Positions 1 to 12,300 of a stretch of DNA of 64,000 bases are shown piece after piece. Origin of the DNA: Bugula neritina (lineage: Eukaryota > Animalia > Bryozoa); contig CAXIUT010000103.1 in NCBI GenBank assembly GCA_964035545.1, forward strand, positions 558,001 through 622,000, read 5' to 3'. Position 1 is the stretch's first letter. Each line of letters opens with the position of its first letter. The translations under genes and the position numbers were made by a program. Under the pieces are notes generated by a model. The model worked only from the letters and a program-made list of their open reading frames with translations. It had not been told where the DNA came from and did not search any database.

Positions 1-278
1 GTTGAAAATATGACTATGAAACATAACCCTTCAATTTCATTGCACCAGCACCAGTTGCAAGATAGGTGTGTTGGGAGTTATCTTTCCCAAAATTTTGTTC
101 TTTGTGTTTATACGAAGAAGACACAGGCTAATATTAGTTTTGTTATTTGCAAGAGTTTTTCTGTCTGATTGTCCATCAGCAAAAGTTTGGCCTTGCAGTT
201 ATTATGGAAATACCAGTGATGCTGGAAGACCTTTGCATTGTACACCCGCTTTTACTATTGAATTTAGATGTTTTATTT

Positions 279-309
279 TCCCATCCCCTCTCCTGCCCCC
301 CCTGTCCCC
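279..309 (-). other. G-quadruplex consensus in every satellite monomer (first copy shown)
   Basis: The minus strand reads GGGG-aca-G(6-9)-caggaga-GGGG-at-GGG, which fits the four-G-tract consensus. Confidence 0.6.
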
Positions 310-3300
310 TCTAACAACCAGCAATCCTGACTCATGTGAATTGTGTTATTGTTCTAGAGTTGGCCCATGGGCCTACAGTATACGATTTGAAGCTTTATAG
401 TTTACAGGCAGTGGAGATGAGTCACTGCTAAAACCCATTTTGTTAGTAGACTATATTGCTCTTCAATCATCAGTTTTCATATTAAAAGAGAAAGCTCATC
501 TGCAGCGCCATTTCACAGTGTTATATTTTGCTAGAGCAAAAACTAATTTTAGATGCCTTTGCAAACATATGAGAAATAAATGAGTCATTCCATGAAAAGA
601 GGTGTTTGCAGCAATTGTCCACTTTTGATTTACAAGCGGCATGGAAACTTTTGTAGTTTTAAATAATATCTCCAAACTCATCACTTGCATGTGTTTAGAT
701 ACTTGATAAATTTTTTTATGCAAAACTTGATGCCTGCTTCAAAGACACCAGTGCTTAATTACTGTGTTAACTGTATTGGCATGTTGCCATGAGATATTTG
801 GTAATATTTCGCATCACAACAAACTCTTCAGAAAGTTAAGAAAATCAGTCTAGAAAGTTAATGAAATAAACCTACCAGAAAGAGTAAGCCAGATGTAACA
901 AGTAGATCCAAAACAATTAGTTGATTAACAATTGAAGTTGAAATCTCCATGTAGTCAACACTTTAGTCCTAATGTCAAATGCAAACGCCTGCAATCAAAC
1001 TGTGTAGACTTCATGAGCTGGTTAGCTGACAGGACTCATTAAAGTTCTAAACTCTTGTGTGTATAGTGATGCCCATCTTGAACTAGAGAGGGCTGACTGA
1101 AGACTGCTACTTTGTGAAAATTGACAATGCATATTATTATTATTCATTGTTGAGATTCACGACTGCCATAAACAATGATAAAATATTCATTGTTGGTACT
1201 ACTGAGTAGAATAAAATATAATATAATATTATTTTCTGGACAAATAAATAATATCAAATGCATATTATAACTTACCATAAATCTACAGTGCTTCACATCT
1301 TCACTTTTTTCTGCAATGTTATTTCTTTGCAGTTAGAAGTACTAGTTGAAAATATGACTATGAAACATAACCCTTCAATTTCATTGCACCAGCACCAGTT
1401 GCAAGATAGGTGTGTTGGGAGTTATCTTTCCCAAAATTTTGTTCTTTGTGTTTATACGAAGCAGACACAGGCTAATATTAGTTTTGTTATTTGCAAGAGT
1501 TTTTCTGTCTGATTGTCCATCAGCAAAAGTTTGGCCTTGCAGTTATTATGGAAATACCAGTGATGCTGGAAGACCTTTGCATTGTACACCCGCTTTTACT
1601 ATTGAATTTAGATGTTTTATTTTCCCATCCCCTCTCCTGCCCCCCCTGTCCCCTCTAACAACCAGCAATCCTGACTCATGTGAATTGTGTTATTGTTCTA
1701 GAGTTGGCCCATGGGCCTACAGTATACGATTTGAAGCTTTATAGTTTACAGGCAGTGGAGATGAGTCACTGCTAAAACCCATTTTGTTAGTAGACTATAT
1801 TGCTCTTCAATCATCAGTTTTCATATTAAAAGAGAAAGCTCATCTGCAGCGCCATTTCACAGTGTTATATTTTGCTAGAGCAAAAACTAATTTTAGATGC
1901 CTTTGCAAACATATGAGAAATAAATGAGTCATTCCATGAAAAGAGGTGTTTGCAGCAATTGTCCACTTTTGATTTACAAGCGGCATGGAAAATTTTGTAG
2001 TTTTAAATAATATCTCCAAACTCATCACTTGCATGTGTTTAGATACTTGATAAATTTTTTTATGCAAAACTTGATGCCTGCTTCAAAGACACCAGTGCTT
2101 AATTACTGTGTTAACTGTATTGGCATGTTGCCATGAGATATTTGGTAATACTTCGCATCACAACAAACTCTTCAGAAAGTTAAGAAAATCAGTCTAGAAA
2201 GTTAATGAAATAAACCTACCAGAAAGAGTAAGCCAGATGTAACAAGTAGATCCAAAACAATTAGTTGATTAACAATTGAAGTTGAAATCTCCATGTAGTC
2301 AACACTTTAGTCCTAATGTCAAATGCAAACGCCTGCAATCAAACTGTGTAGACTTCATGAGCTGGTTAGCTGACAGGGCTCATTAAAGTTCTTAACTCTT
2401 GTGTGTATAGTGATGCCCATCTTGAACTAGAGAGGGCTGACTGAAGACTGCTACTTTGTGAAAATTGACAATGCATATTATTATTATTCATTGTTGAGAT
2501 TCACGACTGCCATAAACAATGATAAAATATTCATTGTTGGTACTACTGAGTAGAATAAAATATAATATAATATTATTTTCTGGACAAATAAATAATATCA
2601 AATGCATATTATAACTTACCATAAATCTACTGTGCTTCACATCTTCACTTTTTTCTGCAATGTTATTTCTTTGCAGTTAGAAGTACTAGTTGAAAATATG
2701 ACTATGAAACATAACCCTTCAATTTCATTGCACCAGCACCAGTTGCAAGATAGGTGTGTTGGGAGTTATCTTTCCCAAAATTTTGTTCTTTGTGTTTATA
2801 CGAAGCAGACACAGGCTAATATTAGTTTTGTTATTTGCAAGAGTTTTTCTGTCTGATTGTCCATCAGCAAAAGTTTGGCCTTGCAGTTATTATGGAAATA
2901 CCAGTGATGCTGGAAGACCTTTGCATTGTACACCCGCTTTTACTATTGAATTTAGATGTTTTATTTTCCCATCCCCTCTCCTGCCCCCCCTGTCCCCTCT
3001 AACAACCAGCAATCCTGACTCATGTGAATTGTGTTATTGTGCTAGAGTTGGCCCATGGGCCTACAGTATACGATTTGAAGCTTTATAGTTTACAGGCAGT
3101 GTAGATGAGTCACTGCTAAAACCCATTTTGTTAGTAGACTATATTGCTCTTCAATCATCAGTTTTCATATTAAAAGAGAAAGCTCATCTGCAGCGCCATT
3201 TCACAGTGTTTTATTTTGCTAGAGCAATAACTAATTTTAGATGCCTTTGCAAACATATGAGAAATAAATGAGTGATTCCATGAAAAGAGGTGTTTGCAGC

Positions 3301-6300
3301 AATTGTCCACTTTTGATTTACAAGCGGCATGGAAACTTTTGTAGTTTTAAATAATATCTCCAAACTCATCACTTGCATGTGTTTAGATACTTGATAATTT
3401 TTTTTATGCAAAACTTGATGCCTGCTTCAAAGACACCAGTGCTTAATTACTGTGTTAACTGTATTGGCATGTTGCCATGAGATATTTGGTAATATTTCGC
3501 ATCACAACAAACTCTTCAGAAAGTTAAGAAAATCAGTCTAGAAAGTTAATGAAATAAACCTACCAGAAAGAGTAAGCCAGATGTAACAAGTAGATCCAAA
3601 ACAATTAGTTGATTAACAATTGAAGTTGAAATCTCCATGTAGTCAACACTTTAGTCCTAGTGTCAAATGCAAACGCCTGCAATCAAACTGTGTAGACTTC
3701 ATGAGCTGGTTAGCTGACAGGACTCATTAAAGTTCTTAACTCTTGTGTGTATAGTGATGCCCATCTTGAACTAGAGAGGGCTGACTGAAGACTGCTACTT
3801 TGTGAAAATTGACAATGCATATTATTATTATTCATTGTTGAGATTCACGACTGCCATAAACAATGATAAAATATTCATTGTTGGTACTACTGAGTAGAAT
3901 AAAATATAATATAATATTATTTTCTGGACAAATAAATAATATCAAATGCATATTATAACTTACCATAAATCTACAGTGCTTCACATCTTCACTTTTTTCT
4001 GCAATGTTATTTCTTTGCAGTTAGAAGTACTAGTTGAAAATATGACTATGAAACATAACCCTTCAATTTTATTGCACCAGCACCAGTTGCAAGATAGGTG
4101 TGTTGGGAGTTATCTTTCCCAAAATTTTGTTCTTTGTGTTTATACGAAGCAGACACAGGCTAATATTAGTTTTGTTATTTGCAAGAGTTTTTCTGTCTGA
4201 TTGTCCATCAGCAAAAGTTTGGCCTTGCAGTTATTATGGAAATACCAGTGATGCTGGAAGACCTTTGCATTGTACACCCGCTTTTACTATTGAATTTAGA
4301 TGTTTTATTTTCCCATCCCCTCTCCTGCCCCCCCTGTCCCCTCTAACAACCAGCAATCCTGACTCATGTGAAATGTGTTATTGTGCTAGAGTTGGCCCAT
4401 GGGCCTACAGTATACGATTTGAAGCTTTATAGTTTACAGGCAGTGGAGATGAGTCACTGCTAAAACCCATTTTGTTAGTAGACTATATTGCTCTTCAATC
4501 ATCAGTTTTCATATTAAAAGAGAAAGCTCATCTGCAGCGCCATTTCACAGTGTTTTATTTTGCTAGAGCAATAACTAATTTTAGATGCCTTTGCAAACAT
4601 ATGAGAAATAAATGAGTGATTCTATGAAAAGAGGTGTTTGCAGCAATTGTCCACTTTTGATTTACAAGCGGCATGGAAACTTTTGTAGTTTTAAATAATA
4701 TCTCCAAACTCATCACTTGCATGTGTTTATAGACTTGATAAATTTTTTTATGCAAACCTTGATGCCTGCTTCAAAGACACCAGTGCATAATTACTGTGTT
4801 AACTGTATTGGCACGTTGCCATGAGATATTTGGTAATATTTCGCATCACAACAAACTCTTCAGAAAGTTAAGAAAATCAGTCTAGAAAGTTAATGAAATA
4901 AACCTACCAGAAAGAGTAAGCCAGATGTAACAAGTAGATCCAAAACAAGTTGATTAACAATTGAAGTTGAAATCTCCATGTAGTCAACACTTTAGTCCTA
5001 ATGTCAAATGCAAACGCCTGCAATCAAACTGTGTAGACTTCATGAGCTGGTTAGCTGACAGGACTCATTAAAGTTCTTAACTCTTGTGTGTATAGTGATG
5101 CCCATCTTGAACTAGAGAGGGCTGACTGAAGACTGCTACTTTGTCAAAATTGACAATGCATATTATTATTATTCATTGTTGAGATTCACGACTGCCATAA
5201 ACAATGATAAAATATTCATTGTTGGTACTACTGAGTAGAATAAAATATAATATAATATTATTTTCTGGACAAATAAATAATATCAAATGCATATTATAAC
5301 TTACCATAAATCTACAGTGCTTCACATCTTCACTTTTTTCTGCAATGTTATTTCTTTGCAGTTAGAAGTACTAGTTGAAAATATGACTATGAAACATAAC
5401 CCTTCAATTTCATTGCACCAGCACCAGTTGCAAGATAGGTGTGTTGGGAGTTATCTTTCCCAAAATTTTGTTCTTTGTGTTTATACGAAGCAGACACAGG
5501 CTAATATTAGTTTTGTTATTTGCAAGAGTTTTTCTGTCTGATTGTCCATCAGCAAAAGTTTGGCCTTGCAGTTATTATGGAAATACCAGTGATGCTGGAA
5601 GACCTTTGCATTGTACACCCGCTTTTACTATTGAATTTAGATGTTTTATTTTCCCATCCCCTCTCCTGCCCCCCCTGTCCCCTCTAACAACCAGCAATCC
5701 TGACTCATGTGAATTGTGTTATTGTTCTAGAGTTGGCCCATGGGCCTACAGTATACGATTTGAAGCTTTATAGTTTACAGGCAGTGGAGATGAGTCACTG
5801 CTAAAACCCATTTTGTTAGTAGACTATATTGCTCTTCAATCATCAGTTTTCATATTAAAAGAGAAAGCTCATCTGCAGCGCCATTTCACAGTGTTATATT
5901 TTGCTAGAGCAAAAACTAATTTTAGATGCCTTTGCAAACATATGAGAAATAAATGAGTCATTCCATGAAAAGAGGTGTTTGCAGCAATTGTCCACTTTTG
6001 ATTTACAAGCGGCATGGAAAATTTTGTAGTTTTAAATAATATCTCCAAACTCATCACTTGCATGTGTTTAGATACTTGATAAATTTTTTTATGCAAAACT
6101 TGATGCCTGCTTCAAAGACACCAGTGCTTAATTACTGTGTTAACTGTATTGGCATGTTGCCATGAGATATTTGGTAATACTTCGCATCACAACAAACTCT
6201 TCAGAAAGTTAAGAAAATCAGTCTAGAAAGTTAATGAAATAAACCTACCAGAAAGAGTAAGCCAGATGTAACAAGTAGATCCAAAACAATTAGTTGATTA

Positions 6301-9300
6301 ACAATTGAAGTTGAAATCTCCATGTAGTCAACACTTTAGTCCTAATGTCAAATGCAAACGCCTGCAATCAAACTGTGTAGACTTCATGAGCTGGTTAGCT
6401 GACAGGGCTCATTAAAGTTCTTAACTCTTGTGTGTATAGTGATGCCCATCTTGAACTAGAGAGGGCTGACTGAAGACTGCTACTTTGTGAAAATTGACAA
6501 TGCATATTATTATTATTCATTGTTGAGATTCACGACTGCCATAAACAATGATAAAATATTCATTGTTGGTACTACTGAGTAGAATAAAATATAATATAAT
6601 ATTATTTTCTGGACAAATAAATAATATCAAATGCATATTATAACTTACCATAAATCTACTGTGCTTCACATCTTCACTTTTTTCTGCAATGTTATTTCTT
6701 TGCAGTTAGAAGTACTAGTTGAAAATATGACTATGAAACATAACCCTTCAATTTCATTGCACCAGCACCAGTTGCAAGATAGGTGTGTTGGGAGTTATCT
6801 TTCCCAAAATTTTGTTCTTTGTGTTTATACGAAGCAGACACAGGCTAATATTAGTTTTGTTATTTGCAAGAGTTTTTCTGTCTGATTGTCCATCAGCAAA
6901 AGTTTGGCCTTGCAGTTATTATGGAAATACCAGTGATGCTGGAAGACCTTTGCATTGTACACCCGCTTTTACTATTGAATTTAGATGTTTTATTTTCCCA
7001 TCCCCTCTCCTGCCCCCCCTGTCCCCTCTAACAACCAGCAATCCTGACTCATGTGAATTGTGTTATTGTGCTAGAGTTGGCCCATGGGCCTACAGTATAC
7101 GATTTGAAGCTTTATAGTTTACAGGCAGTGTAGATGAGTCACTGCTAAAACCCATTTTGTTAGTAGACTATATTGCTCTTCAATCATCAGTTTTCATATT
7201 AAAAGAGAAAGCTCATCTGCAGCGCCATTTCACAGTGTTTTATTTTGCTAGAGCAATAACTAATTTTAGATGCCTTTGCAAACATATGAGAAATAAATGA
7301 GTGATTCCATGAAAAGAGGTGTTTGCAGCAATTGTCCACTTTTGATTTACAAGCGGCATGGAAACTTTTGTAGTTTTAAATAATATCTCCAAACTCATCA
7401 CTTGCATGTGTTTAGATACTTGATAAATTTTTTTATGCAAAACTTGATGCCTGCTTCAAAGACACCAGTGCTTAATTACTGTGTTAACTGTATTGGCATG
7501 TTGCCATGAGATATTTGGTAATATTTCGCATCACAACAAACTCTTCAGAAAGTTAAGAAAATCAGTCTAGAAAGTTAATGAAATAAACCTACCAGAAAGA
7601 GTAAGCCAGATGTAACAAGTAGATCCAAAACAAGTTGATTAACAATTGAAGTTGAAATCTCCATGTAGTCAACACTTTAGTCCTAATGTCAAATGCAAAC
7701 GCCTGCAATCAAACTGTGTAGACTTCATGAGCTGGTTAGCTGACAGGACTCATTAAAGTTCTTAACTCTTGTGTGTATAGTGATGCCCATCTTGAACTAG
7801 AGAGGGCTGACTGAAGACTGCTACTTTGTCAAAATTGACAATGCATATTATTATTATTCATTGTTGAGATTCACGACTGCCATAAACAATGATAAAATAT
7901 TCATTGTTGGTACTACTGAGTAGAATAAAATATAATATAATATTATTTTCTGGACAAATAAATAATATCAAATGCATATTATAACTTACCATAAATCTAC
8001 AGTGCTTCACATCTTCACTTTTTTCTGCAATGTTATTTCTTTGCAGTTAGAAGTACTAGTTGAAAATATGACTATGAAACATAACCCTTCAATTTCATTG
8101 CACCAGCACCAGTTGCAAGATAGGTGTGTTGGGAGTTATCTTTCCCAAAATTTTGTTCTTTGTGTTTATACGAAGCAGACACAGGCTAATATTAGTTTTG
8201 TTATTTGCAAGAGTTTTTCTGTCTGATTGTCCATCAGCAAAAGTTTGGCCTTGCAGTTATTATGGAAATACCAGTGATGCTGGAAGACCTTTGCATTGTA
8301 CACCCGCTTTTACTATTGAATTTAGATGTTTTATTTTCCCATCCCCTCTCCTGCCCCCCCTGTCCCCTCTAACAACCAGCAATCCTGACTCATGTGAATT
8401 GTGTTATTGTTCTAGAGTTGGCCCATGGGCCTACAGTATACGATTTGAAGCTTTATAGTTTACAGGCAGTGGAGATGAGTCACTGCTAAAACCCATTTTG
8501 TTAGTAGACTATATTGCTCTTCAATCATCAGTTTTCATATTAAAAGAGAAAGCTCATCTGCAGCGCCATTTCACAGTGTTATATTTTGCTAGAGCAAAAA
8601 CTAATTTTAGATGCCTTTGCAAACATATGAGAAATAAATGAGTCATTCCATGAAAAGAGGTGTTTGCAGCAATTGTCCACTTTTGATTTACAAGCGGCAT
8701 GGAAAATTTTGTAGTTTTAAATAATATCTCCAAACTCATCACTTGCATGTGTTTAGATACTTGATAAATTTTTTTATGCAAAACTTGATGCCTGCTTCAA
8801 AGACACCAGTGCTTAATTACTGTGTTAACTGTATTGGCATGTTGCCATGAGATATTTGGTAATACTTCGCATCACAACAAACTCTTCAGAAAGTTAAGAA
8901 AATCAGTCTAGAAAGTTAATGAAATAAACCTACCAGAAAGAGTAAGCCAGATGTAACAAGTAGATCCAAAACAATTAGTTGATTAACAATTGAAGTTGAA
9001 ATCTCCATGTAGTCAACACTTTAGTCCTAATGTCAAATGCAAACGCCTGCAATCAAACTGTGTAGACTTCATGAGCTGGTTAGCTGACAGGGCTCATTAA
9101 AGTTCTTAACTCTTGTGTGTATAGTGATGCCCATCTTGAACTAGAGAGGGCTGACTGAAGACTGCTACTTTGTGAAAATTGACAATGCATATTATTATTA
9201 TTCATTGTTGAGATTCACGACTGCCATAAACAATGATAAAATATTCATTGTTGGTACTACTGAGTAGAATAAAATATAATATAATATTATTTTCTGGACA

Positions 9301-12300
9301 AATAAATAATATCAAATGCATATTATAACTTACCATAAATCTACTGTGCTTCACATCTTCACTTTTTTCTGCAATGTTATTTCTTTGCAGTTAGAAGTAC
9401 TAGTTGAAAATATGACTATGAAACATAACCCTTCAATTTCATTGCACCAGCACCAGTTGCAAGATAGGTGTGTTGGGAGTTATCTTTCCCAAAATTTTGT
9501 TCTTTGTGTTTATACGAAGCAGACACAGGCTAATATTAGTTTTGTTATTTGCAAGAGTTTTTCTGTCTGATTGTCCATCAGCAAAAGTTTGGCCTTGCAG
9601 TTATTATGGAAATACCAGTGATGCTGGAAGACCTTTGCATTGTACACCCGCTTTTACTATTGAATTTAGATGTTTTATTTTCCCATCCCCTCTCCTGCCC
9701 CCCCTGTCCCCTCTAACAACCAGCAATCCTGACTCATGTGAATTGTGTTATTGTGCTAGAGTTGGCCCATGGGCCTACAGTATACGATTTGAAGCTTTAT
9801 AGTTTACAGGCAGTGTAGATGAGTCACTGCTAAAACCCATTTTGTTAGTAGACTATATTGCTCTTCAATCATCAGTTTTCATATTAAAAGAGAAAGCTCA
9901 TCTGCAGCGCCATTTCACAGTGTTTTATTTTGCTAGAGCAATAACTAATTTTAGATGCCTTTGCAAACATATGAGAAATAAATGAGTGATTCCATGAAAA
10001 GAGGTGTTTGCAGCAATTGTCCACTTTTGATTTACAAGCGGCATGGAAACTTTTGTAGTTTTAAATAATATCTCCAAACTCATCACTTGCATGTGTTTAG
10101 ATACTTGATAAATTTTTTTATGCAAAACTTGATGCCTGCTTCAAAGACACCAGTGCTTAATTACTGTGTTAACTGTATTGGCATGTTGCCATGAGATATT
10201 TGGTAATATTTCGCATCACAACAAACTCTTCAGAAAGTTAAGAAAATCAGTCTAGAAAGTTAATGAAATAAACCTACCAGAAAGAGTAAGCCAGATGTAA
10301 CAAGTAGATCCAAAACAATTAGTTGATTAACAATTGAAGTTGAAATCTCCATGTAGTCAACACTTTAGTCCTAGTGTCAAATGCAAACGCCTGCAATCAA
10401 ACTGTGTAGACTTCATGAGCTGGTTAGCTGACAGGACTCATTAAAGTTCTTAACTCTTGTGTGTATAGTGATGCCCATCTTGAACTAGAGAGGGCTGACT
10501 GAAGACTGCTACTTTGTGAAAATTGACAATGCATATTATTATTATTCATTGTTGAGATTCACGACTGCCATAAACAATGATAAAATATTCATTGTTGGTA
10601 CTACTGAGTAGAATAAAATATAATATAATATTATTTTCTGGACAAATAAATAATATCAAATGCATATTATAACTTACCATAAATCTACAGTGCTTCACAT
10701 CTTCACTTTTTTCTGCAATGTTATTTCTTTGCAGTTAGAAGTACTAGTTGAAAATATGACTATGAAACATAACCCTTCAATTTCATTGCACCAGCACCAG
10801 TTGCAAGATAGGTGTGTTGGGAGTTATCTTTCCCAAAATTTTGTTCTTTGTGTTTATACGAAGCAGACACAGGCTAATATTAGTTTTGTTATTTGCAAGA
10901 GTTTTTCTGTCTGATTGTCCATCAGCAAAAGTTTGGCCTTGCAGTTATTATGGAAATACCAGTGATGCTGGAAGACCTTTGCATTGTACACCCGCTTTAC
11001 TATTGAATTTAGATGTTTTATTTTCCCATCCCCTCTCCTGCCCCCCCTGTCCCCTCTAACAACCAGCAATCCTGACTCATGTGAAATGTGTTATTGTGCT
11101 AGAGTTGGCCCATGGGCCTACAGTATACGATTTGAAGCTTTATAGTTTACAGGCAGTGGAGATGAGTCACTGCTAAAACCCATTTTGTTAGTAGACTATA
11201 TTGCTCTTCAATCATCAGTTTTCATATTAAAAGAGAAAGCTCATCTGCAGCGCCATTTCACAGTGTTTTATTTTGCTAGAGCAATAACTAATTTTAGATG
11301 CCTTTGCAAACATATGAGAAATAAATGAGTGATTCTATGAAAAGAGGTGTTTGCAGCAATTGTCCACTTTTGATTTACAAGCGGCATGGAAACTTTTGTA
11401 GTTTTAAATAATATCTCCAAACTCATCACTTGCATGTGTTTATAGACTTGATAAATTTTTTTATGCAAACCTTGATGCCTGCTTCAAAGACACCAGTGCA
11501 TAATTACTGTGTTAACTGTATTGGCACGTTGCCATGAGATATTTGGTAATATTTCGCATCACAACAAACTCTTCAGAAAGTTAAGAAAATCAGTCTAGAA
11601 AGTTAATGAAATAAACCTACCAGAAAGAGTAAGCCAGATGTAACAAGTAGATCCAAAACAAGTTGATTAACAATTGAAGTTGAAATCTCCATGTAGTCAA
11701 CACTTTAGTCCTAATGTCAAATGCAAACGTCTGCAATCAAACTGTGTAGACTTCATGAGCTGGTTAGCTGAAAGGACTCATTAAAGTTCTTAACTCTTGT
11801 GTGTATAGTGATGCCCATCTTGAACTAGAGAGGGCTGACTGAAGACTGCTACTTTGTGAAAATTGACAATGCATATTATTATTATTCATTGTTGAGATTC
11901 ACGACTGCCATAAACAATGATAAAATATTCATTGTTGGTACTACTGAGTAGAATAAAATATAATATAATATTATTTTCTGGACAAATAAATAATATCAAA
12001 TGCATATTATAACTTACCATAAATCTACAGTGCTTCACATCTTCACTTTTTTCTGCAATGTTATTTCTTTGCAGTTAGAAGTACTAGTTGAAAATATGAC
12101 TATGAAACATAACCCTTCAATTTCATTGCACCAGCACCAGTTGCAAGATAGGTGTGTTGGGAGTTATCTTTCCCAAAATTTTGTTCTTTGTGTTTATACG
12201 AAGCAGACACAGGCTAATATTAGTTTTGTTATTTGCAAGAGTTTTTCTGTCTGATTGTCCATCAGCAAAAGTTTGGCCTTGCAGTTATTATGGAAATACC

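Noticed and set aside
371-400. 5S rRNA-like start (gcctacagtatacgatttgaa) suggesting a 5S array
   Set aside because: The similarity stops after about 20 nt and no internal A/C boxes or 5S 3' half are present.
1265-1445. Spliced-leader RNA or snRNA gene in the monomer (minus-strand gtaagt donor and AATTTTGG Sm-like site)
   Set aside because: The Sm-like site lies upstream of the donor, the wrong order for an SL RNA, and no U snRNA sequence was recognised. An Rfam scan would be the definitive test.
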